From: a virus
Reading direction: 5' to 3' (one strand)
DNA: 64,000 nt
Virus record (IMG/VR): IMGVR_UViG_3300023174_000100
Location: 1-64,000 of that record
Shown here piece by piece: positions 19,889-28,340 of this stretch. A program made the position numbers and the translations under genes. Numbering within the stretch: position 1 is the first letter of the stretch; the number at the start of each line of letters is the position of its first letter. The notes under the pieces were generated by a model. It did not search any database. It had not been told where the DNA came from and saw only the letters and a program-made list of their open reading frames with translations.

Positions 19889-19920
19889 ACAGAGGTGCAC
19901 TCATGCACCTCTGTTATTAT
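19889..19920 (+). terminator. Perfect 11-bp hairpin after tube gene 1 (terminator or mRNA stabiliser)
   Basis: acagaggtgca-ctca-tgcacctctgt followed by tattat (weak U-tract). Confidence 0.65.
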
Positions 19921-19929
19921 AAAACATGT

Positions 19930-20631
19930 ATGGGATTTACACATAAACCTTTCAAATATTTTAACCCAAAACAGCAGATGCGTTTTGAGTTATATATGCA
20001 AGCTGATCCATTTGGTCCCTTCTTCCCTACATACGCTATAAAATCAGCGGAAAGGCCTACTTTAGAAAATAATCACATTACAGTAGATTATATAAATACT
20101 GAATTTCATGTAAAAGGAAAATCTAGGTGGCAACCTATTACTATTAGATTCTATGATCCTATAGAGGATAATGGAGCTAAAATGCTTCATGACTACATAA
20201 ATAATTATCATCATAATTCAGGAACTACAGGCACATCATTCAATTTATTAACTCCGGGAGAGGATGGGTTTATACACGAATATAAAAGAACATTATATTT
20301 AAGATCTCTTTCCCCTCATGGTGATGTCGTCGATTCTTTTATATTAGTAGGTGCGTTTTTTGATTCAGTAAAATGGGGGGAATTTGATATGTCTAGCGAT
20401 GATTTAGTTCTAATGGAAGGTACAATTGTGTATGATTATGCTATGGTTAGAGGAAGTAAAATAAAACTTCCAGATGTAGAAGGACCCGGACTAGATGGAG
20501 GAGGGGCAAGTTTAGGAAATCAATTAAAAGATGCTGCTATAAATATAGGAAAAGGAGCAGCTCAAACAGTAGTGAACGCCGGTATTAGCGCATTAGGAGG
20601 CTTACTAGGGGGCGGCGGCGGAAGAAACTAG
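19930..20631 (+). CDS. Tail tube-like protein, paralogue 2, with Gly-rich C-terminal extension
   Basis: MGFTHKPFKYFNPKQQMR aligns with paralogue 1 MAFEYKPFEYFNPKQQMR; shared LLTPGEDGFIHEYKRTL. Start moved from 19903, which lies inside the hairpin. Confidence 0.85.
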   Translation: MGFTHKPFKYFNPKQQMRFELYMQADPFGPFFPTYAIKSAERPTLENNHITVDYINTEFHVKGKSRWQPITIRFYDPIEDNGAKMLHDYINNYHHNSGTTGTSFNLLTPGEDGFIHEYKRTLYLRSLSPHGDVVDSFILVGAFFDSVKWGEFDMSSDDLVLMEGTIVYDYAMVRGSKIKLPDVEGPGLDGGGASLGNQLKDAAINIGKGAAQTVVNAGISALGGLLGGGGGRN

Positions 20632-20663
20632 TTTAATTATATACTAATTTTACGTTTTTGACA

Positions 20664-20670
20664 TATTTAT
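20664..20670 (+). promoter_or_regulatory. Intergenic TATTTAT motif
   Basis: acaTATTTATtat, 12 nt before the ATG at 20682. Confidence 0.5.
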
Positions 20671-20681
20671 TATAAAGAAAA

Positions 20682-21431
20682 ATGGCTAAATCTACACCTG
20701 TATTTAGAGAAAAAAAAAGAGAAATATCTTTAACTTTAGATTCAACTGGGGCTTCTGAGTATACTCAATACAGGCCCTTTGCTTATTTTGAGCCAAAATT
20801 AAAAAATAGATTTGTTCTTTATTTGGATGTTCAAGGAATATTCATCCCTACTTATTTAGTTAAATCCGCAACTAAGCCAGGATTTAGTTATCAAAATATA
20901 GAATTACAATATATAAATACAAAAACGAATTTCAAAGGCAAAATGACTTGGGACCCTATAGAAATTGTTTTATATGACCCAGTAGCCAACCACAGATTTT
21001 CTCCAAGAGCATCAACAAATCCTTATGTAGATTCTTTATCAAGTTCAGAAGATGTAAGAAATGATTCCTCTGTTTTAGTTTATGAATGGATAATGAATAC
21101 TCATTCAAATTATTTAGAGGGAATAGAGTACGCTTTAGAAAAATACAAAAAAACCCTTATTCTTGAAACATTGATGCCTAGAACTAATGTTCAATCAGAA
21201 AGATGGGAAATACATGGTGCTTATGTTTCCGCAGTTAAATGGGGAGATTTAGATATGTCAGAAGATAATCTATCTACTATAACTGTAACAATTATGTATG
21301 ATTATGCATTAATAAAGGATGCTAATGAAAGAAAAGTAATTCCATATAATTTAGGAGAGGGTCCTTTTAAAGAAATAAAAAATAACCCTTTTTCAAGAGT
21401 ACCATCTGTAAGTTTATTACCGAAATCATAA
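20682..21431 (+). CDS. Tail tube-like protein, paralogue 3
   Basis: FEPKLKNRF, KGKMTWDPIEIVLYDP, WGDLDMS and MYDYA motifs. Confidence 0.82.
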   Translation: MAKSTPVFREKKREISLTLDSTGASEYTQYRPFAYFEPKLKNRFVLYLDVQGIFIPTYLVKSATKPGFSYQNIELQYINTKTNFKGKMTWDPIEIVLYDPVANHRFSPRASTNPYVDSLSSSEDVRNDSSVLVYEWIMNTHSNYLEGIEYALEKYKKTLILETLMPRTNVQSERWEIHGAYVSAVKWGDLDMSEDNLSTITVTIMYDYALIKDANERKVIPYNLGEGPFKEIKNNPFSRVPSVSLLPKS

Positions 21432-21456
21432 ATTAAAATAATTAAACAATAATAAT

Positions 21457-22302
21457 ATGAAACCAGACAGAGAAGTTACATTTAATCAAAGTCCTGACGA
21501 AGAAAACATGGAAAATCCAGTTCCGGTTATTCCTTCTGTCCCTCAGGGAATTAAACAAACAACACTAATTGTTGATTTGCCATCTAAAGGACTTTTTTAT
21601 CCTAAAGAAAATCCCTTATCAACAGGTCAAGTAGAACTAAGGTATATGACCGCCAAAGATGAGGATATTTTAACTAATCAAAATTATATTATGCAAGGAA
21701 CAGCCATAGAAAGGATGTTTAGAAACTTGCTTGTATCAGAGATTGATTGGGACGATTTGCTAGTTGGGGACAAAAATGCAATTATGATTGCATCTAGAAT
21801 TGCGGCTTACGGAGAAGATTACGTAATTCAAGTCACAACTCCTTCAGGTAATACACAAGATACTACTATTGACTTAGGAGAGTTAAAACCCAAAAAAATA
21901 GATGAGTCAGTTTTAGTAAACAAAAATAGTAATTTGTTTAAACTTACTCTTCCAAAATCTAAAAAAGAAGCTCATATAAAACTTCTTACAGGAAAAGAAG
22001 AAAAAGAAATAGATGCTATTGTAAAATCATACGAAAAAATAGGTAAAGATCCAGGACTACTTACTTTACGTTTAAAACACATGATTGTAGCTTTGGATGG
22101 AAACACAGATTTAGTATTTATTAGAAATTATATTGATACTGATTTATTAGCAGCAGATAGTAGAGCTATTAGATCTTTTATTAGTAAAATACAACCTGAT
22201 GTAGATTTTAACGTAGAAGTAATAGACCGGTATACCGGGGAACCATTTCGCGCTCCAATGGTTTTCGACGAAAGATTTTTTTGGCCTGACCTCGAGAGAT
22301 AG
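21457..22302 (+). CDS. Baseplate hub assembly/tail chaperone (T4 gp26-like)
   Basis: VDLPSKG, ELRYMTAKDEDIL, LLVGDKNAIMIASR; C-terminal FFWP. Confidence 0.8.
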   Translation: MKPDREVTFNQSPDEENMENPVPVIPSVPQGIKQTTLIVDLPSKGLFYPKENPLSTGQVELRYMTAKDEDILTNQNYIMQGTAIERMFRNLLVSEIDWDDLLVGDKNAIMIASRIAAYGEDYVIQVTTPSGNTQDTTIDLGELKPKKIDESVLVNKNSNLFKLTLPKSKKEAHIKLLTGKEEKEIDAIVKSYEKIGKDPGLLTLRLKHMIVALDGNTDLVFIRNYIDTDLLAADSRAIRSFISKIQPDVDFNVEVIDRYTGEPFRAPMVFDERFFWPDLER

Positions 22303-22474
22303 GCAGTACATATATGAAGAGATTTTTCAATTAATTCATTATGGAAAAGGATTTACATATAGTGATTTGATGGACATGCCTATATTTATTAGAAAATTCT
22401 TTTATAATCGATTATTACAAGCTTATGAAGAAAGAAATGAAGCAAATAAAAAAGCAGCCAAAAAATCAAGATGA
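22283..22474 (+). CDS. gp51-like ORF in the +1 frame, absent from the ORF track; probably reached by frameshift at T7 (22276-22282)
   Basis: Translates GLTSRDRQYIYEEIFQLIHYGKGFTYSDLMDMPIFIRKFFYNRLLQAYEERNEANKKAAKKSR*. No ATG precedes the gp51-like core; a terminator follows. Confidence 0.7.
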   Translation, partial: GLTSRDRQYIYEEIFQLIHYGKGFTYSDLMDMPIFIRKFFYNRLLQAYEERNEANKKAAKKSR

Positions 22475-22682
22475 TAAGATAAAAAAAATTAGGGAGGGGA
22501 TTCTCTCCTCCCTTTTTTCATTATTAGCCATTCCTGCACAATTAAAGATGGTAGGTAGAATGTATAGTGCTGCAAAGGAAGATGAAAAATTAAAAAAGTT
22601 AAGAGCTCAAAGGTTACAAAGATTACAGTCCTTAAAACATGATTCTGATTCTAATAATAGACATTTTAGAAAATTAAAATAA
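22425..22682 (+). CDS. Small hypothetical protein (start uncertain)
   Basis: ORF-track entry that overlaps the gp51-like ORF and spans the hairpin, so it may start later or be spurious. Confidence 0.35.
   Translation: MKKEMKQIKKQPKNQDDKIKKIREGILSSLFSLLAIPAQLKMVGRMYSAAKEDEKLKKLRAQRLQRLQSLKHDSDSNNRHFRKLK
22491..22518 (+). terminator. Rho-independent terminator-like hairpin after the gp51-like ORF
   Basis: agggagggga-ttc-tctcctccct followed by ttttt. Confidence 0.6.
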
Positions 22683-22706
22683 AAATAAATATCTAAAATA
22701 TATAAA

Positions 22707-25700
22707 ATGAATAAAGCTAATTTAGGTCATTTAAAAAATTTATTAGCATTAACCAAAAAAGATTTGAATGATTTACAAGAAAAGGTAAATGAGGCTCACC
22801 ATAATTTAAGAGAATATACAAAGAAAACCGAAGAAAATTATGAAAATCAATTAAATAAAGTAAATGCAATCCCGCAAACTAGAAAAAGCGTAGACATATA
22901 TCTTAGAGGATTAAAGATATTAATAAATGAAGAGAATAAGAAAAAAAATCTTGCTCTATCTAATATAGATTCAGCTATAAAAACTATAGATAGTGTTATA
23001 GAAAAAATTGAAAAAGCAAATAAGCTTACTACTAAGAAGGACGAGGAAAAAAGAGGTGAAATAATACAAGAAATAACAGGTGCTATACCTTCCTTGATAG
23101 GATTTATACAAACTGTATTCACTAATTCTAATTATTTAGTAAGTAGAGCAAACTCAAATGCTTATATGTTATATCAACAACCTATTTTAAAAGACCAAGG
23201 TATTCAATTTGCAGAGGCACAATATTATCTACACGGAATACAAAGTGCTATAGGAAACCCTAAAGACACAAGTAGTCTGTCTTCGCAAATTAATTTCCTT
23301 AAAACTAAAGTAGGAAAATCAGGTGATATTTTAGCTAAAGAGAAATCAAAAGGATTTTCTTTTAGTCAGCAAAACTTAGAAGCACAACAAAAAATAGATA
23401 AACAAAAAGCTTATGATGCCGCTCTAAGAGGAAAACTTCCTAATATACAAGAGAGTGAATTATCAGATGCTGTTAAGGCATCTATTTCTTTTATAAATGC
23501 ACAAAAACTAAAAATAGCTTCTGGAGAGCAATCCGATAAGGAGCTAGAAATCAAGAAAAAAATAGAAGAAACTTTTGGAGTAATAGCTCCGGATATAATA
23601 AAATATGCAGCTTCAGGTAATAAGAAAAAAAATATAACTTCAGGAAAAGAGTTATATCAGCAAATTAAACAAACAAGAGGATTTGGAGATAGACCTGAAA
23701 TAGACTCTATTGGGGAAGAGATGAAAGCTAGATTTCTTAAAAATAGAGAAGCAAAATTTAAACCTAGAGAAAAGTCCGCTTTTGAAACAGAAAATCTTGA
23801 AAATATACAATCCGAGGTTAAGTCCGGAGGAGAATCATCACCCGCAGAAGTTATTCCTAAGGTCATTCCTAAAGTAGAATCAAAACCTATTGAAAATATA
23901 CAATCCGAGGTTAAGTCCGGAGGAGAATTATCACCGGCAGAAGTTATTCCTAAAGTCATTCCTAAAGTAGAATCAAAACCTATTGAAAATATACAACCTG
24001 AGGTTAAATCTAGAGGAGAGTCACAATCTCCAGGAGAAGTATCTGATGAAATGCTTAAAGTAATTGAGCAGGCTGTATTCAATGGAGCTTCAAGAGCTTT
24101 TGCACAATTCTCAAATGGACCTTCTGCTGCACAACCTGAATTTGGGGATACGACCATAGATAAAATAGGCGAAACTGTTTTTAAAGCTATGCAAAAAGCT
24201 TTAGATTATTATTCAGCTTCTCCTGCATTTAGAATGGTTTTAGTTGGAATAGACCCATCAGTTTTAGATCAATTAAAAAATAGTTTATCAGGTTTACCAG
24301 GTAGTGGAACAGGTGATATGGACAAATTAGCCGAAGAATTAAGAAAAAGTAGAGAGAGTAACGAAAACCTAGCTAAAATGCAAGAAGCTAGAAGAAAAAA
24401 AATAGAAGCAGAAAGAAAGAAAAAAGCTAAAGAAGCAGAAAAAGAAAAAAAGAGAATAGCGGACCCTAATTCACCCGAAAGTATAGCTAAAAAGAAAAAA
24501 GAAACCGAAGCAGCAGAAAGAGCTCAAAAGAAAAAAGATAAAGAAGACCCTAATTCACTAGAAAATATAGCAAAAGCGGAAGAAAAAAAGAGGAAAGCAG
24601 AAGAAAAAAAAGCTAAAGAAGATAAAGCAAAGGTAAAAGCAGAAATAGAAGCAGACCCATTTAGAAAAAGATTAAAAGGAATATACAAAGATAGCAGACA
24701 AGAAATAACTTTTTTATATGATAAAGTTAATAGTTTTTTTCCATTTTTTAATTCAGCTCAACAAGAAGCTAAAAAGACAGCTTTAGAAACACTAGAAGCC
24801 GGTTATAAAGCCTTTGATGAAGTATACGCTAGTACAGGAAGTGCTTTTAAGGGGATGATGGCATCTGTAAACTCGATGTTTAAAATATCCCCTGTTACTG
24901 TTATAATGGCCGGTTTAACAGCTGCATTTATAGGAATACTAAAATCTGCGAATAGATTAAATAATAAAATAAAAGAAATATCAGCGGAGTTAGGGACATC
25001 AAATATGCAATCTTATGAATTTTTTAAGAGTGCAATGAATGCTCAAACTCAATATGATAACATGTATGCTAGCCTTAGAGATGTCAGAGATGTTCAAAAA
25101 GGCATCTTAGGAGATTCAGGCATATTATTAAAAGTAAATGATAAAGCATTAGCTAGCATAGCAGATAATGCAAAAAACATAGGAGTATCTACAGAAAGTG
25201 CGGGAGCTTTTGCAGAGGCATTAAGAACAAAAGGCGCTACAGATGAGCAGGCAGCTAATTTAATGGCAGCATCTTTAGAACTTGCAGATAAGAGTAAATT
25301 CATTATGCCTCAATCTGTGATGGATGACATAGCTCAAAATGTAGAATTTTCATCAAAGTATTTTTCTAACATTAATAAAGATTCTAAATCAGCACAAAAA
25401 CATTTAGTAGATACTAACTTACAAGTAAAAGCATTAGGATTAAATTTCCAAAAAGCAGCTAAAATGACACAACATTTATTGTCATTTGAGCAAAGCATTG
25501 TAGGAGAAGTTGAAGCAACTGTAGCATTAGGAAGACATGTTAATATTGGAAAAGCTAGAGAATTGCTTTTACAAGATGACATTGGAGGAGCGATGCAGCA
25601 AATGATGGATACCATGGGAGGTTACGATGCATTTCAAGACATGGATTTTGCTAAGAGACAGCTTATGGCAAATGCAATAGGTCTTGAAGTGTCTGAATTA

Positions 25701-27188
25701 GAGAAAAGTTTATATTTAAGAGAGAAAATTGGAATAACAAATGAAGATGCTTTAAATGCTGCAATGAAAAATAGTGATTATTTAGATAAAGTAGCAGGTA
25801 AAGATGTAGAATTATATAAAATAGAGGCAAAAAAAGTATTAGCAGCAGAACAATTTAATACAGCAGTTGAAAAAGTAAGTGTGGCGTTCAAGTCATCTTT
25901 ATTACCGGTACTAGAAGCTATTTTACCTGTTGTCGAGATGATGGCATCTGCTATAAATTTTGTTGCAGCAGCAGTAAAAACTGTTGTTGGATTTCCTGGA
26001 AAAATTTTGAATGGAATTACCGGACATAAACCAGACTCAGGGGTAGCATCTCCTACCGCTGGATTAGAGGCATCTATGAATATAGGTATGGTTGCGGTAA
26101 TGGGGGGACTCATACTTAAAACTTTAAAAGGTAAATTAGGAGGTAAAATAGGAGAAGTCGTAGGAAAAGCTAGAGGAGGATTAGATACACTAACAGGAAC
26201 ATTGGGTACTAAGACAAATCCTATGTACGTCATTTCATTAGGCGGAGGAGGAATTGGGGGAATTATGGACTCAGTAGGTGGTAGCCCTAATAGTAGAAGA
26301 GGTGGACGAGCAGGATTTTTAAAAAGATTAACTACTTCCAAGAATATAATAGATAGAGCTAAATCTATCCAAAAAATTAGAGATGCTAGAAATCTGTCGA
26401 CTAAAACAGGAGTTTTTTATAAAATAGGACAGTACATATCTAAGGTAAAACCTTCTAACATGCTTAAACTTGGAGGTTTATTAGCTGTTGCTTCCGCCGG
26501 ATACGACGTTTATAGCAGACATCAGCAAGGACAGTCCGTTGCTCAAGCAATTACAGGAACCGCAGGAGGACTTGCGGGAGGGTTATTAGGCGCAAAAGGA
26601 GGAGCTATTTTAGGAGCTGCACTAGGAACTGCAATTGCGGGTCCTGTAGGTAGTGCTGTAGGAGGCGTACTGGGAGGAATTGTAGGGGGAGCAACTGGTT
26701 ATTATGCCGGCGGAGCTGTAGTAGATTCTCAATTTAATAAAGATAAAAAAGATTCATCTTATCAAATACAACCCTTTGAATATAAAGGAATGGGATTAAG
26801 TGCAACAGGATCTATATATGGAGGAGTTAATAATAAAAAAGCAACTAGTATACCTGTTGAAACTTCCATGGTAGATATGACACCTACCACTTTTAAAACA
26901 ACTTCTACAGGGTTATCCGGAATTAATCCAAATTATGGAATGACTGGTGTTGTTAGAGAATCAGTTATGATGAATAACGTAAGTAAGAATTTAGAAGCAA
27001 CTGCATTAATGAGTACGATAAAAGAAAATAACATAGAAAAAGAGAAAGCTTATAGAGATTTAATGAACCAACAATTAAAAACATTAGAATCAATCAGAGA
27101 AAAAATAAATCAGCCAGCTGTGGCTTATTTTACTGAAGAAGGAAGAAGACAGGTGGTAAATTACAATAGAGTTAAAAATTCACATTAA
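22707..27188 (+). CDS. Tape measure protein
   Basis: 1493 aa, helical and Ala/Lys-rich; LLSFEQSIVGEVEATVALGR and GTKTNPMYV motifs; C-terminal glycine zipper; sits between chaperone and baseplate genes. Confidence 0.85.
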   Translation: MNKANLGHLKNLLALTKKDLNDLQEKVNEAHHNLREYTKKTEENYENQLNKVNAIPQTRKSVDIYLRGLKILINEENKKKNLALSNIDSAIKTIDSVIEKIEKANKLTTKKDEEKRGEIIQEITGAIPSLIGFIQTVFTNSNYLVSRANSNAYMLYQQPILKDQGIQFAEAQYYLHGIQSAIGNPKDTSSLSSQINFLKTKVGKSGDILAKEKSKGFSFSQQNLEAQQKIDKQKAYDAALRGKLPNIQESELSDAVKASISFINAQKLKIASGEQSDKELEIKKKIEETFGVIAPDIIKYAASGNKKKNITSGKELYQQIKQTRGFGDRPEIDSIGEEMKARFLKNREAKFKPREKSAFETENLENIQSEVKSGGESSPAEVIPKVIPKVESKPIENIQSEVKSGGELSPAEVIPKVIPKVESKPIENIQPEVKSRGESQSPGEVSDEMLKVIEQAVFNGASRAFAQFSNGPSAAQPEFGDTTIDKIGETVFKAMQKALDYYSASPAFRMVLVGIDPSVLDQLKNSLSGLPGSGTGDMDKLAEELRKSRESNENLAKMQEARRKKIEAERKKKAKEAEKEKKRIADPNSPESIAKKKKETEAAERAQKKKDKEDPNSLENIAKAEEKKRKAEEKKAKEDKAKVKAEIEADPFRKRLKGIYKDSRQEITFLYDKVNSFFPFFNSAQQEAKKTALETLEAGYKAFDEVYASTGSAFKGMMASVNSMFKISPVTVIMAGLTAAFIGILKSANRLNNKIKEISAELGTSNMQSYEFFKSAMNAQTQYDNMYASLRDVRDVQKGILGDSGILLKVNDKALASIADNAKNIGVSTESAGAFAEALRTKGATDEQAANLMAASLELADKSKFIMPQSVMDDIAQNVEFSSKYFSNINKDSKSAQKHLVDTNLQVKALGLNFQKAAKMTQHLLSFEQSIVGEVEATVALGRHVNIGKARELLLQDDIGGAMQQMMDTMGGYDAFQDMDFAKRQLMANAIGLEVSELEKSLYLREKIGITNEDALNAAMKNSDYLDKVAGKDVELYKIEAKKVLAAEQFNTAVEKVSVAFKSSLLPVLEAILPVVEMMASAINFVAAAVKTVVGFPGKILNGITGHKPDSGVASPTAGLEASMNIGMVAVMGGLILKTLKGKLGGKIGEVVGKARGGLDTLTGTLGTKTNPMYVISLGGGGIGGIMDSVGGSPNSRRGGRAGFLKRLTTSKNIIDRAKSIQKIRDARNLSTKTGVFYKIGQYISKVKPSNMLKLGGLLAVASAGYDVYSRHQQGQSVAQAITGTAGGLAGGLLGAKGGAILGAALGTAIAGPVGSAVGGVLGGIVGGATGYYAGGAVVDSQFNKDKKDSSYQIQPFEYKGMGLSATGSIYGGVNNKKATSIPVETSMVDMTPTTFKTTSTGLSGINPNYGMTGVVRESVMMNNVSKNLEATALMSTIKENNIEKEKAYRDLMNQQLKTLESIREKINQPAVAYFTEEGRRQVVNYNRVKNSH
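23797..24023 (+). repeat. 93-bp (31-aa) tandem repeat, about 2.4 copies, inside the tape measure gene
   Basis: gaaaatatacaa units start at 23799, 23892 and 23985; peptide ENIQSEVKSGGE(S/L)SPAEVIPKVIPKVESKPI. Confidence 0.92.
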
Positions 27189-27210
27189 TTAACCTTATAT
27201 GCTATAAATA

Positions 27211-28023
27211 ATGAATAATAATTTAATGAATAATAGTTTAACTCTAAGAGATAGAAAAAAGCCTTTTACCTTTACATTTCAAAGAATTTCTGCTGGAGCT
27301 GCCGGAAAAGGTAAAGATATAAAACTTTTAGCTTACATAAATAATATATCAGATTCCTCATCTCCTGAATGGGATGAAAGATTAGATATAGGAAGAGCAG
27401 ATGCTAAAATATTATATAGGAGCTTCAGTAGAAATATATCTCTTTCTTTTACAGTTGCCGTAGAAAGCGAATTAAATCCACAAAAAAATTTAAGTGAAAG
27501 AGATTTAGATATAAGATTAGCTAATAATTCTCAAAATAGAAATACAGAAGGTTTTGAACGAAGTAAAATTTACACAGATCCGGACGTTAGGATGAGAGAT
27601 GCTTTCATAGGAGGGCAGATTCAAACATCTAGGGGGTTTGAACAAGCATCTAGAGTTACTCCTATGAATTTAGAGGATAAATCTAAAATATCAAATCTGT
27701 CTACTAGAGTGGCTAATATCACATATCCAGAAATAACTAGTGGTATATCTATAACAACTGTTTTAAATAATTTAAATGAGCTGTCAAAATTATCTTTGCC
27801 TGTATATAATGGACCTTATGTTGGATCCTACGTAAAATTTACAATAGGACGTTTATATACTAATGAAATAGGATATATAAAAGGATTAACTTTTGAATGG
27901 GATAACTCTACAATTGTTTGGGACGAAGAATATGAACTTCCTATGATTACAAATGTTTCTATGGAAATAGGATATATAGGAAAAACAAAACCTCAAGTAT
28001 CACCATCAAACTTTTTTGGATAA
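27211..28023 (+). CDS. Baseplate tube initiator-like protein (gp48/gp54 or P2 gpU position)
   Basis: Follows tape measure; AYINNISDS..W...IGRAD...Y.SFSRNISLSF and FTIGRLY...GYI..L...W pattern. Confidence 0.65.
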   Translation: MNNNLMNNSLTLRDRKKPFTFTFQRISAGAAGKGKDIKLLAYINNISDSSSPEWDERLDIGRADAKILYRSFSRNISLSFTVAVESELNPQKNLSERDLDIRLANNSQNRNTEGFERSKIYTDPDVRMRDAFIGGQIQTSRGFEQASRVTPMNLEDKSKISNLSTRVANITYPEITSGISITTVLNNLNELSKLSLPVYNGPYVGSYVKFTIGRLYTNEIGYIKGLTFEWDNSTIVWDEEYELPMITNVSMEIGYIGKTKPQVSPSNFFG

Positions 28024-28340
28024 TGAATAGATATGAAGAAATAACAAGTATAATAAAAGAAGAATCAGGCGTAAGAAGATTCAGTACTACTTATTATTAT
28101 AAAATACCAGATAAAACTAGTGATTTTTACATATACGCTAGAGCAGGAGACAGATTAGATTTATTAGCAAATGATTATTACGGAGATCCTAGATATTGGT
28201 GGATATTAGCAAATGAAAATAATATTGGGAAAGGTACCATTGTTCCTCCAATTGGTATAAGATTAAGAATTCCATACCCTCTAGATATGTTAGAATTAGA
28301 ACAACTCAAAAATGAATCAGTAAATGGCACCTCCTTTTAG
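28023..28340 (+). CDS. LysM-like baseplate wedge protein (gp53/P2 gpX-like)
   Basis: GDRLDLLANDYYGDPRYWWILANEN...GIRLRIP. Confidence 0.85.
   Translation: MNRYEEITSIIKEESGVRRFSTTYYYKIPDKTSDFYIYARAGDRLDLLANDYYGDPRYWWILANENNIGKGTIVPPIGIRLRIPYPLDMLELEQLKNESVNGTSF

Noticed and set aside
19903-19929. ATG at 19903 as start of tube paralogue 2
   Set aside because: It lies within the hairpin; alignment with paralogue 1 supports ATG 19930.
23797-24023. Possible CRISPR array or DGR repeat pair
   Set aside because: Repeats are contiguous, in-frame and coding, with no spacers, no adenine-specific divergence and no reverse transcriptase in the window.
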